Source: Capsulimonadaceae bacterium
GTDB lineage: Bacteria; Armatimonadota; Armatimonadia; Armatimonadales; Capsulimonadaceae
Assembly (NCBI GenBank): GCA_965215505.1
Contig: OZ244065.1
Location: 2,144,001 to 2,208,000, forward strand
Length of the DNA stretch: 64,000 bases
Reading direction: 5' to 3'
Part shown: piece after piece, positions 29,055 through 38,515 of the stretch
Numbering within the stretch: position 1 is the first letter of the stretch
Layout: each line of letters opens with the position of its first letter
Made by a program: the position numbers and the translations under genes
The notes under the pieces: model-generated
Seen by the model: only the letters and a program-made list of their open reading frames with translations
The model's database searches: none
What the model was told of the DNA's origin: nothing

Positions 29055-29159
29055 TGAGGACTGGCGGACCGACGGGAAACCACTCCTCAGATGTGGGCTA
29101 CCTGCGCAGGATCAGTCCTCAGACCGGCCGAAACAAGGACAGAGAGTAGCCCCATCATG
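29055..29159 (+). mobile_element. Possible orphan IS110-family 5' non-coding end (transposase lost)
   Basis: Stems TGAGGACTG/CAGTCCTCA and GGGCTAC/GTAGCCC end at an ATGAAAAAG that does not continue into a transposase. The family call rests on recalled resemblance only. Confidence 0.35.
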
Positions 29160-29194
29160 AAAAAGATTTCTTCATTTTTCCTCCTGAAAGACGA

Positions 29195-29225
29195 GTGTAG
29201 GGGTGGCATTGTCCCACCCCTACAC
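29195..29225. repeat. GTAG-type REP-like hairpin or terminator
   Basis: GTGTAGGGGTGG-N7-CCACCCCTACAC, perfect 12-bp stem. Confidence 0.6.
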
Positions 29226-29234
29226 AAGAGGCCA

Positions 29235-29672
29235 TTACCGGGGCGCACGCCGGGCAATGGCAAGGATCGGCCCTCCGACCTTTAGAATATTAGCTCGAGT
29301 GGCGTTAGGGATATAGGAATCTTTGACGAGCAGGGCGACAAACGCTTCCCCCCCATGCGTTTCCGAAGCCCAGTGTCCCTTGGAGATTTTTATAACCGTT
29401 TGGTCTGCGGAGGGCTGAACGTAATATGTTCCGCCGCCCAGAGCATACACTACCACATGAGAGTTGGCCGGCGGGGCTGTGACGGTGCCCTCGATCTCTG
29501 AAGATGCCATTTCTTCACTGGGCGGATCCATCGGCACTTTTGTGATAGTAATCTTCGGCGCAGTCGTCGCGCTCGCGGCTTTCCGATGAGGAAGAGCGTG
29601 AGCGGGCAGTGGCAAGTGCCCGATAATCAACATTCCAAGCCCAATGGGCATGGCCATTAACTTCCGATCCAT
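29235..29672 (-). CDS. Small secreted hypothetical protein
   Basis: GGAG RBS, signal-like N-terminus ending AHA, beta-rich body (VVVYA..TYYVQP). Confidence 0.65.
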   Translation of the reverse strand: MDRKLMAMPIGLGMLIIGHLPLPAHALPHRKAASATTAPKITITKVPMDPPSEEMASSEIEGTVTAPPANSHVVVYALGGGTYYVQPSADQTVIKISKGHWASETHGGEAFVALLVKDSYIPNATRANILKVGGPILAIARRAPR

Positions 29673-30219
29673 GTTATTGCTCCCTTCCGAATAACGTGCT
29701 TGGATAGTCCGAAACTGGTGACGCAGCACGGGCGTCATTTCGATCTCGATAGCCAGACCTAACGTCCGATAACGGTTCTGTCACTTGCCGTCGAACTCGT
29801 GAGTAGCCGGTCTTTCGGGACCCTACTGCTCAATTTCTCCTTCCGGATGTTTTGGCAGGATTCCCTACCTCCTATGCTAAAAAGACGTGGGCTTAAGAAT
29901 TTTTTCGAGCTTATTGGGGTCCTTTCCCAATGGGAGCGGCCCGACACCGCAGGTCTTCCTGGTTTCCTCCTTTCAGACGAGCTCTCTCTTTCTTTGAGTG
30001 TCCCGCAGACCGTTCAGTTCATCTTTGAGCAAAATCATTGCCTCATCTATCCTCTGTGAAATCCCCGGTTCCGTTTCCAGATCTCTTCGGAGCAGTGATT
30101 GCAGCCATCCTGTCCAACTGTCTGTTGGTCTCTCGTTTTGCTCTGCTATCACATCGCGGAGCAGCCGAGGCAGGCCAAGTTTTGCGAATGCCGCTAATCT
30201 AATGCCGCCGGTCTCAGGA

Positions 30220-31230
30220 TCATGCCGTATGTCCGTGTATAAGTTCCACCGGTAGGACCGTCTCGGTAGGCACCGCCGCGCCTTCCAGAAGGTCTACAAG
30301 ATAGGTAATGGCAGTCGACGCGACCTGCGCCCAGGGTGCTCGAACGGTCGTCAGGCGCACGTCCGGCTCGATCGCCGACTCGATGCCATCAAAGCCTGTA
30401 ATCGCTATCTCCTGTGGTACGGCGATACCCCCTCGGCGGCAATAGGAGAGCGCCTGATAGGCCACCATATCGTTCCAGCAGGCAATCGCCGTCGGGCGCA
30501 GCGCGGAAGAGTGTGGAAGCGCCAGAGCCTCCTGCACCTCTGCGGAGGCGAGGTCGGCTGTCACCTGCAGCGCCATGCCGTTCTCCGCCGCGGCCTGCTG
30601 GATGCCCTCCAGACGTCGCCTGCGCGAGGGTGGACCGATTTGTGTCAGGTAAATGATGGACCGATGACCGCGATCAAACAGATATCGCCCGATCTCAAAG
30701 GAGCCATCGTACTCCGCAACGCCCACAGAGGGAAACGGGGGCAGCGTCTCCACAACGCTCACCACCGGCAGATGGCTAACGCGTAAAAGCGCCACCAGCG
30801 GGTCGTCGTCAGGAGCCCACACGACAAGCCCATCGACCTTGCCGCTCAACAACTCGTCGTAAAGGCCGCTGATGACCTGGCCGCGAAAAACGGTATGGAG
30901 CAGCAGATCGCGCTTGCAGCGAGCGCATGCCTCCAAAAGTCCGGCTGTCATCTCCGCAACGAACGGATTTCGCGCGTCGAAATAGTCGAAGCCGCTATAA
31001 AAGCCGAAAATATGCGTCGCGCGTCGGGCCAATGACCTCGCCACGGAGTTAGGCTGGTAGTTGAGTTCCCTGGCGATTTCGATGATCTGCTGCCGCGTCG
31101 CCTGGGATACCCTGGTTCCTGAGCGTGATCCGTTCAATACGACGGAAACCGCCATACGGGACACGCCCGCGCGCGCAGCAATGTCGTCGAGTGTCGCCGA
31201 TTTCTGTGCGGTATATTTCTGTTTATCCAT
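30220..31230 (-). CDS. LacI-family transcriptional regulator
   Basis: TLDDIAARAGVSRMAVSVVLN, LNYQPNSVARSL, VPQEIAITGFD, LTTV. Confidence 0.95.
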   Translation of the reverse strand: MDKQKYTAQKSATLDDIAARAGVSRMAVSVVLNGSRSGTRVSQATRQQIIEIARELNYQPNSVARSLARRATHIFGFYSGFDYFDARNPFVAEMTAGLLEACARCKRDLLLHTVFRGQVISGLYDELLSGKVDGLVVWAPDDDPLVALLRVSHLPVVSVVETLPPFPSVGVAEYDGSFEIGRYLFDRGHRSIIYLTQIGPPSRRRRLEGIQQAAAENGMALQVTADLASAEVQEALALPHSSALRPTAIACWNDMVAYQALSYCRRGGIAVPQEIAITGFDGIESAIEPDVRLTTVRAPWAQVASTAITYLVDLLEGAAVPTETVLPVELIHGHTA

Positions 31231-31293
31231 ATCGATCCAAAAGGGGCAGCGTTGTATTAAATGTCATTGTAAGGTAAACTGGCGTTGGTTTAA

Positions 31294-31315
31294 CTTGAAC
31301 TAGGGCTAGTTCAAG
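31294..31315. promoter_or_regulatory. Palindromic operator candidate between divergent LacI and GH35 genes
   Basis: CTTGAACTAG-GG-CTAGTTCAAG, perfect 10-bp arms. Confidence 0.55.
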
Positions 31316-31634
31316 GTGAATCAGAGTACCACGATTCGCGCTTTTTGTCAAGCGGACTCATCAAAGCACGCGTCCGCTCAGGGAACGTGCCTCCTTCAAA
31401 ACGATTGCGGCCGCGCACGGTGGCACCGTGCGCGGCCGGTCAACTGGGAGGCACTACCTTTGCAGACACTAGGCGCCGGCGTTGCCGTCTTTGAAGCTCG
31501 GCCCGCTCAAGAAGGTTTCACAGGATACAACAACGCATCGCGCGGTCAGTGACCCCGCCTGCGTACTCGACCACGCGGGCAGAGATTACCCCGGTTGATG
31601 CCGCCGCGCAGGGTCGCGAGCAGGCTGATAGAGT

Positions 31635-34600
31635 ATGAGGAGGCAAGTTATGCCTGGTAAGAATTGTCGAGCTTTTGTGATCGCAATCATGGCGCTGGTG
31701 CCAGGTCTGCTGTTCGTCGGGGGCTGTGCTATCGGCGGCGAGTCGCAGCAAAACACTCCTCCTGCATCCGCACAATCAGTGCCGACGCAGCCGCCCGTAA
31801 GGCAGCCAGCTATTGACGGCATGTTTCCAGCGGCGGCGGCGGCGAAGCCGTTCATCGACTTCGACGGACGTGGTTTCCTGGTGAATGGAAAGCGCACCTT
31901 CCTTGCCTCCGGGTCGCTGCACTATGCGCGGGTTCCCCGGGAACTCTGGCGGGATCGCTTGCTTCGGATGAAGCGTGCCGGGTTCAACACCGTTGAGACC
32001 TACATCTTTTGGAACTTTCAGGAACCTCAGGAGGGCAAGTGGGACTTCTCCGGGGGCCACGATCTGGACGCCTTTCTAAAGCTCGTCAAGCAACTGGGCA
32101 TGTACGCGACCGTGCGCGTCGGCCCCTATATCTGCGCCGAATGGGACAGCGGAGGCTTCCCGGTCTGGCTCCGGTTCAAGCCGGGCCTCAAGGTCCGCAC
32201 CGATAATCCCGAGTTTGAAGCGGCCGTCGATGATCTCTACGACCACATGCTGCCCATTGTTGCTGCCAACCAGATCAACCACGGCGGCGCGGTAGTCCTC
32301 GTGCAGCTCGAAAACGAGGATCCGGATGGCTGGGGCACCGAGCTTCCGAATGGTTACTTCCGACATTTGCAGGCCAAGGCGATCGCCGACGGAATCCAGG
32401 TCCCCTACTTCTTCAGCGGTCTCCACCACGGCGGCGATCCCGGAGGAGACAATCCCTGGGCCAGCGCTCCGCGGACGAGCCCCTGGTACACCACCGAATT
32501 CTGGCCCGGCTGGGCCGTCAACTACGGGGACCTGAACGCGGGCGACCTCCGCAAGTACGACCGCGGCACCTGGAAGATCGTCGCCCACGGCGGCAACGGC
32601 TACAACTACTACATGCTCTGCGGCGGCACCAACTTCGAGACCTGGAACGATGACGAGGTCACTTCCAGCTACGACTACAGCGCTGCCATCGGCGAGTCTG
32701 GCGGTCTCCGGCCCATCTACTACCGGTTCAAGCGTGCCGCCTACTTCGCAACCAGTTTTCCCAGCGTGCTGGAAGAGAGCGATAACGCTACCGACGCCTA
32801 CCAGAGCGCGGCCACCAACCCTGAGATTCAGGTGACCGCCAGGAAGAGTCCGGCCGGAGCAATCCTCTTCCTGGACAACAACAGCGACAAGCCCGTGCAG
32901 ACTCAGGTGAAGGGTCCGGATGGGGTTCTCTACCCGACGGCGGGGTCACTGACGGTCGATTCCGGGCAGATCGTTCCCATTGTCACCGATTACCGACTCC
33001 TTCCGGACGTCACGCTGCAGATGGCGGCCGCCAACATCCTGGGGATCGCCTCGCAGGGAGCCACCACCACCGTGGTTATCTATGGCCCGCCCGGGGACCC
33101 GGCTGAGCTGCGGTTCAGGGCTCCAGCCGGGGCGGTTGTAAAGAGCCAGACGGTGGCTTCATCCGGCTCCCTCTCCGCTGCGGGCAGCCACGGCGAGTTC
33201 GATCTGAAGGTACGGTTTGGGGAGGGCAGGCCGGGCGAAGCGACGTTCGAGATCGGTGCCGAGCGGCTGCGCGTCGTGGCTGCCAGTACGCAGGAAGCCG
33301 ATCACACCTGGTTCGTTGACGGCGGGGGCACGACCTACGTCATCGCAGGACCCGAGTACGTCGGCGACGTCAACGGCGACGCGACGACCGTCAACGTTGA
33401 GGACTACAAGAAGTACGCCGCATCGGCGTCGGCTGACGTGGTGGTCTATGGCCCGGGTGGCAGCGGACGCATTCTGTCCCGTGCCGCGGCCGACCCGAAT
33501 GCCGCGGTTGACTTTAACCCGCCAGCCCTAGGCACATGGGAGGCCCGCAGCGGCAGTGCCCAAGCAGCCGGTGACTACGCCGGTATCGGGTGGCTCGCCA
33601 GCCAGGACCCTCTCCAGATGGGGGCGGATGGCGACTACTCTGCCTATGCCTGGTACCGGGCCACAATCACTCCTCCTGCGGCCGGGACCTACACCCTCAA
33701 CTTCTCGGATGCGGGGGATTGGATCTCGGTCTTTGTCAACGGCAAGCACGCCGCCAGCAGCAAAGTCCAGGAGCGGGACAGCGGCCCCGTCGCCCGGCAC
33801 GTCACTGTCACCCTCCCGGCCGGCCCCAGCGCCGTCGCTGTCCTCGCCGCGCACTATGGGCGGAACAGGCTTCTCGGGATTCTTGGACCGATCGACACGA
33901 TCTACTCGAAGGGAGTCAGCGGTCCGGTCGCCCTCTCCCGATCCACCAATGAGGTCTCCCTCACCACCTGGCGCTGGAAATCCGACGCCAACGGCGAGGG
34001 CGACTCCGCCGCCATGACCGCCTCCGATCTGGATACCGGCGGTGCCGGTTGGAATGCGGGCAAGATCGGCGAGGACATCTTTCACGGGAAGCCGGGCTTT
34101 GCATGGTTCCGGAGCATCCTCCCCGCTGTGAAAGGCGATCACCACCAGCTCCACTTTAAATCGGTGGACGACAACGCCACCGTCTACCTGAACGGGCGCC
34201 GCCTCGCGCATCATGAAGGCTGGACCAGTCCGTTCGACGTCGCCCTGGACTCGGCGTGGAAACAGGGTGGACCCAACAACCTGGCCGTTCTGGTGCAGAA
34301 CGTTGACGGAGGTGGTGGCATCATGGGCGATGTGACGCTCACCAGCTCCGAAGGAGATCAGCCCGTGCGCGGCTGGAAGATGCAGGGCGGGCTGGGCGCC
34401 ATCAGTCCAGACCAGGGCTGGAGCCCGGCTGCCAGCGCCGGCAACACCGCCGACACCGGCGCCGCCATGTTCTACCGGACAGCCTTCACTGTCACCCCGC
34501 CAACTGCCGCCGGTCCCCACCCGATCCTGCGCGTCTCGCTTAACAGAATGTCCCGCGGCTTCGTCTGGCTCAATAGACATAACCTGGGCCGGTATCCTGA

Positions 34601-34781
34601 CAGGGAACCGGTGGACGGTCTGTACCTGCCCGAATGCTGGCTCAAGAATGGCGTTAACAGCCTGGTCGTCTTCGACGAAGAGGGGAATGCCCCGTCGGGA
34701 GTCAAGCTGGTTGTGGAGGCCGAAGCCTCCCGCACCATCACGCCGTGGTCCGCCGCGGGCGCCAAGAGCGTCCATCGCTAA
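31635..34781 (+). CDS. Secreted GH35 beta-galactosidase with C-terminal jelly-roll domains
   Basis: SGSLHYARVP, GFNTVETYIFWN, RVGPYICAEW..GG, VQLENE, TEFWPGW, NYYM..GGTNF, SYDY.A. Confidence 0.92.
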   Translation: MRRQVMPGKNCRAFVIAIMALVPGLLFVGGCAIGGESQQNTPPASAQSVPTQPPVRQPAIDGMFPAAAAAKPFIDFDGRGFLVNGKRTFLASGSLHYARVPRELWRDRLLRMKRAGFNTVETYIFWNFQEPQEGKWDFSGGHDLDAFLKLVKQLGMYATVRVGPYICAEWDSGGFPVWLRFKPGLKVRTDNPEFEAAVDDLYDHMLPIVAANQINHGGAVVLVQLENEDPDGWGTELPNGYFRHLQAKAIADGIQVPYFFSGLHHGGDPGGDNPWASAPRTSPWYTTEFWPGWAVNYGDLNAGDLRKYDRGTWKIVAHGGNGYNYYMLCGGTNFETWNDDEVTSSYDYSAAIGESGGLRPIYYRFKRAAYFATSFPSVLEESDNATDAYQSAATNPEIQVTARKSPAGAILFLDNNSDKPVQTQVKGPDGVLYPTAGSLTVDSGQIVPIVTDYRLLPDVTLQMAAANILGIASQGATTTVVIYGPPGDPAELRFRAPAGAVVKSQTVASSGSLSAAGSHGEFDLKVRFGEGRPGEATFEIGAERLRVVAASTQEADHTWFVDGGGTTYVIAGPEYVGDVNGDATTVNVEDYKKYAASASADVVVYGPGGSGRILSRAAADPNAAVDFNPPALGTWEARSGSAQAAGDYAGIGWLASQDPLQMGADGDYSAYAWYRATITPPAAGTYTLNFSDAGDWISVFVNGKHAASSKVQERDSGPVARHVTVTLPAGPSAVAVLAAHYGRNRLLGILGPIDTIYSKGVSGPVALSRSTNEVSLTTWRWKSDANGEGDSAAMTASDLDTGGAGWNAGKIGEDIFHGKPGFAWFRSILPAVKGDHHQLHFKSVDDNATVYLNGRRLAHHEGWTSPFDVALDSAWKQGGPNNLAVLVQNVDGGGGIMGDVTLTSSEGDQPVRGWKMQGGLGAISPDQGWSPAASAGNTADTGAAMFYRTAFTVTPPTAAGPHPILRVSLNRMSRGFVWLNRHNLGRYPDREPVDGLYLPECWLKNGVNSLVVFDEEGNAPSGVKLVVEAEASRTITPWSAAGAKSVHR

Positions 34782-35154
34782 GGTCTCTGAGAAGGAGAGT
34801 CGTCGTGGCGTGCAGACCGGAGCATTGTCGGCACCCTTTGTCACGTCGATCTGCGGGAAACTCCCGCCCAATGCCAAGGGCGGTCACACATGCGCTGGAG
34901 GAGCAAGCGCGAACTGCTCGCACTCAGTAGAACGCAATGCGTCTGCCGACGGCCCAGCGGACGTCTAAGTCTATGTCAACGGCGTCCTCGCGGCGTCCGC
35001 GCCGAGATATACCGACGGCTACACTTTCCTGCCGATGTCCGATGCCGCCCGCGAGGCTCTGCATCCGGGGCAGAATGTGCTGGCTTTCCCTTGTCAACAA
35101 ATGTCATCAAATGATCGGCGGCTAGGTCGCCGATGTCAGAGTCACGGCGGAACA

Positions 35155-36333
35155 ATGAATCACTTCCAAACCTCACGGCGCGTTGCCATCCTGATGATCG
35201 TCGCGGCCATGCTCGCAGTCCTGTGCCTCCAGAGGCCTTGCAGTGCCGATCGGCAGCCTTTCCTGCACGGTGCAGACCTGTCCATGCTCAAGGTTGACGA
35301 GGACGCAGGAGTCGTTTACCGGGATCACGGACGGTCGGGCGACTCCATCCAGATTTTCAAGCAGCACGGCTGGAACATGGTCCGCCTGCGGCTCTGGGTC
35401 CACCCGAGCGGACAGAGTGGGATGGTATGCGATTTGGGTTATGTTGGGGCTTTGGCACGGCGCGCGAAGGCCGCCGGAATGAAGTTCTACTTGGACATCC
35501 ACTACTCCGATACCTGGGCCGATGCGGGCAACCAGAAGAAGCCGGCCGCATGGGCCAACGACACATTCGACACGCCCCGCAAGCTTTACGAGGATGTCTA
35601 CTGGTACACATCGAACGTCCTCTACACGCTGGCCCACACCTACCATGCCGCCCCCGACTATGTCTCGATCGGCAATGAGATCACCTACGGCATGCTCTGG
35701 CCGGACGGCTACCTGGGAGCAGTCAAGGGGGCATGGAGCAACTGGACCAAGTATGCGACCCTGGTGAACAAAGGCATTCAGGGGGCGCAGCGCGGCGCCC
35801 ACAAAGCCGGCATGACGATGCCAAAGTTCATCATTCATGTCTCGTTCGGCCCGTATTGGAACGTCGTCAATGGCTTCTTCAGCGGCCTCACGTCGGCACG
35901 GGACATTACGGGGCAGCCGGTAAGATTCGACGTCATCGGCCTGAGCTACTATCCAAACGACAAGACCGACCTGTCGGACATCAAGGGTGTGCTCGCGAAC
36001 TGCGCCCAGAAGTTCGGCAAGCCGATCTTGCTCTGCGAGACGGCTTATCAATATCGCGAGACCGGCAGCGCAAACAGCGGCCTTTATCCGCAGACCCCGG
36101 CCGGGCAAGCCGCCTATCTATCCGATCTGGTCACCGCCGTGAAAAACACGCCGGATGGACTGGGACTCGGCCTCTGCTACTGGGAACCGGAAGCGCTGCC
36201 GAATCCCGTCACCGACGCCTATGCGTATGGCAGTTGGCGGGACAGCGGATGGAGCGCCTTATTCGATACGCAAACGGGCGAGGCCGAGCCGGGAATCGCC
36301 GCCGTTGGCACAAGCGCCGCGAAGGCGAGATAA
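35155..36333 (+). CDS. GH53 endo-beta-1,4-galactanase
   Basis: GADLS, VRLRLWV.P, LDIHYSDTWAD, IGNE, DVIGLSYYP, CETAY, YWEP. Confidence 0.92.
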   Translation: MNHFQTSRRVAILMIVAAMLAVLCLQRPCSADRQPFLHGADLSMLKVDEDAGVVYRDHGRSGDSIQIFKQHGWNMVRLRLWVHPSGQSGMVCDLGYVGALARRAKAAGMKFYLDIHYSDTWADAGNQKKPAAWANDTFDTPRKLYEDVYWYTSNVLYTLAHTYHAAPDYVSIGNEITYGMLWPDGYLGAVKGAWSNWTKYATLVNKGIQGAQRGAHKAGMTMPKFIIHVSFGPYWNVVNGFFSGLTSARDITGQPVRFDVIGLSYYPNDKTDLSDIKGVLANCAQKFGKPILLCETAYQYRETGSANSGLYPQTPAGQAAYLSDLVTAVKNTPDGLGLGLCYWEPEALPNPVTDAYAYGSWRDSGWSALFDTQTGEAEPGIAAVGTSAAKAR

Positions 36334-36418
36334 GCTATCACCGGCTACCCTTGGTTTGGCTATCGATTTTGCCCACTGGGCCCGGATTTCGGGGAGAAGA
36401 CGTTAGCGTACGAATTTT

Positions 36419-36690
36419 GGTTCATCGGCACTTTCGCTGAAGCTTGCCTCCTTACGGCGTCGCGTCAAGATGCCAGGATGGGTAAAACACCCGTATGTCT
36501 ACCCAGTCGATCCTGCCCGGCCTGCATCGCTTGGCGCTTGACGGGCTGCGCCTTTCCCAAGAAGTCGTCGTGGTCCAAGTCCACGCCGTCGGCCACACTG
36601 CTCTGTGCCCCCTCTGCGGCCATGGGGCGGAACGTGTCCACAACCGCTACCCGCGCACACTCCAGGACCTGCGCTGGCAGGGAAATGCCC
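36419..36690 (+). mobile_element. Truncated ISL3-family insertion sequence (left end plus transposase zinc finger)
   Basis: GGTTCATCGGCA end after an AT-rich CGAATTTT. ORF from 36495 reads CPLCG....VHNRYPRTLQDLRWQG, then homology stops abruptly. Confidence 0.75.
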
Positions 36691-38487
36691 CTTTCTCACA
36701 CTATCAATCCTACCTTGAAAGTCCACAAGCCTACCACCCTCCTGGAGCCTGAGAAAGCGGTCCGCTAGGACATTTCGGAACGTGTCTGTGTGTCCGCTCG
36801 GCCAGCGCACCCGCACCGTGTCTGCGGCGGTCGCTGCGCCCAGGCCGATGTGAACGCGCTTGTCTGAGGAGGACAGATACGACCCGTCGGCGTGGCAGAG
36901 GCGCGTCTGCACCAGGCCCGGCGTCTCGGCCGTCACCCGCGCCCCGTAGCCGTCCCGGTTGCTCCGGTTGCCGACGAGCGACAGCGACAGCCAGTGGCCG
37001 GTCGTGGCGCTCTCGTTGCGGAGCAGGAGGGGCGCCCCCTCGCTGTCCACGACCAGCGCGTCTTCCCGCCCGTCGTTGTCGAAGTCGCCGACCGCAAGGC
37101 CCCGCCCGACGAGTGGCTTGGACAGGTCTGTCCCTGCCCGCCCACTCATGTCCACGAAGAGGTACCCGTGGTCGTTCCGGAATAGTTGCGTTGCCTGGCG
37201 GTAGCGGGTGGAAGGGTCTGCTTGGGCGATGTTGTCGCGGACGGCCCCATTGGTGATCATCAGGTCCAGCCAGCCATCGTTATCGTAGTCCAGCCACTTC
37301 ACCCCGAAGGCAACGTTGCCCGCCGTGCGGCCCGTGAGCGCGAGGGGGTCCGAGACCTCCTCGAACAGTCCCGCCCCCACATTATGGTAGACGCACTTCG
37401 GCTCCCCCTGGAAGGCCATCACCGTCAAGTCCAGCCGGCCGTCGTTATCGTAGTCGCCCCAGTCCAGTCCCATGCCGGAGTGGATCTTCCCGTGCCCATC
37501 GTAGGCGCTCCCCGACCGGCGTGCCAGGTCTATAAACCTGCCCCCGGCGTTGTGGAACTCCTCCCCCGGCCGGGTGTCATTCGCGAGATAGAAGCTCTGG
37601 CGGCCCGACCCGTCGTAGTCGGCGAAGGCGACCCCGAGGTTCTTGCCGATGCTCTGCACCCGCCACTCGGCGGAGACATCTCGGAACCGCCCCTGCCCCT
37701 CGTTGTGGTACAGCACGCCCTGTTCCGGCGGGTACATCATGGGGCTGCATGTGCCGTCCAGCCGGCCGTCATTGCAGAGCCGGTGCGGGTCGGCCGGGTC
37801 GAACTTGACGTAGCCGCAGACGAACAGGTCGAGCCGCCCGTCGCCGTCTATGTCCCCCCAGGCGCACGAAGTACCCCAGGGCTGGGGCTTCAGACCGGCT
37901 CGCGCCGTCACGTCCCGGAAGGACTTCCCCTTCTCGTTGTGCAGCAGCAGCCCGGTCCGGTAGCCGCTGAGGTAGATGTCGTCGTAGCCGTCATTGTCGT
38001 AGTCGCCGACGGCGCAGCCCAGGAAGTGGCCTTTGAGGGCGTCCAGGCCCATCGAGCGCGAAACGTCGGTGAAGTGTCCGCGCCCGTCGCCCTTGAAGAG
38101 CGCGACATGGTCGGTGCCGACCAGCAGGACCGACAGGTCGCCCGAGTTGTCATAGTCCAGGAAGGCGCAGCCGTTGCCGATAGTCTGCAGGATGTCCAGC
38201 GGCCTTGGCCCCGGCACGGTCCACCGGTAGCGCAGACCGGCCTTCTCCGCCACGTCCACGAAAGACGCCCGCGCCGCGCCCGCGCTCCCGATCGCCGCCG
38301 CGCCGGTCGGGGCGCCCGGCTCCGGGCGGTGAAGCGCCGACCAGGGAGTGCCGCGCCGGACGCTCCTGCCGGGGGCCGCCATCTCCCGCTCGAAATGGTG
38401 CGCAGTGGCGTGATAATGCGCCGCCCCCGCGAGAAGCAGGGCGGCCCCGGCCAGGGCGATCATGGCCGGCAGGCATGACGGTTTCAT
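36499..38487 (-). CDS. CRTAC1/ASPIC-UnbV family FG-GAP repeat protein; frame reads through into the IS remnant
   Basis: Multiple DYDNDG.LD repeats, GRGLAVGDFDNDG, SNRDGYGARV, GSYLSS..HIGLG, VRWPSG. Confidence 0.85.
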   Translation of the reverse strand: MKPSCLPAMIALAGAALLLAGAAHYHATAHHFEREMAAPGRSVRRGTPWSALHRPEPGAPTGAAAIGSAGAARASFVDVAEKAGLRYRWTVPGPRPLDILQTIGNGCAFLDYDNSGDLSVLLVGTDHVALFKGDGRGHFTDVSRSMGLDALKGHFLGCAVGDYDNDGYDDIYLSGYRTGLLLHNEKGKSFRDVTARAGLKPQPWGTSCAWGDIDGDGRLDLFVCGYVKFDPADPHRLCNDGRLDGTCSPMMYPPEQGVLYHNEGQGRFRDVSAEWRVQSIGKNLGVAFADYDGSGRQSFYLANDTRPGEEFHNAGGRFIDLARRSGSAYDGHGKIHSGMGLDWGDYDNDGRLDLTVMAFQGEPKCVYHNVGAGLFEEVSDPLALTGRTAGNVAFGVKWLDYDNDGWLDLMITNGAVRDNIAQADPSTRYRQATQLFRNDHGYLFVDMSGRAGTDLSKPLVGRGLAVGDFDNDGREDALVVDSEGAPLLLRNESATTGHWLSLSLVGNRSNRDGYGARVTAETPGLVQTRLCHADGSYLSSSDKRVHIGLGAATAADTVRVRWPSGHTDTFRNVLADRFLRLQEGGRLVDFQGRIDSVRKGHFPASAGPGVCAGSGCGHVPPHGRRGGTEQCGRRRGLGPRRLLGKGAARQAPSDAGRAGSTG

Positions 38488-38515
38488 GGCATCTTTCTGT
38501 TCCCCGAGATGCGGG

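Noticed and set aside
29060-29125. Hammerhead ribozyme (CTGAGGA on the minus strand)
   Set aside because: No correctly placed GAAA or stem II-III architecture.
29759-30200. Degraded gene on the minus strand
   Set aside because: Coding-like but interrupted by stops. No family recognisable, so not called.
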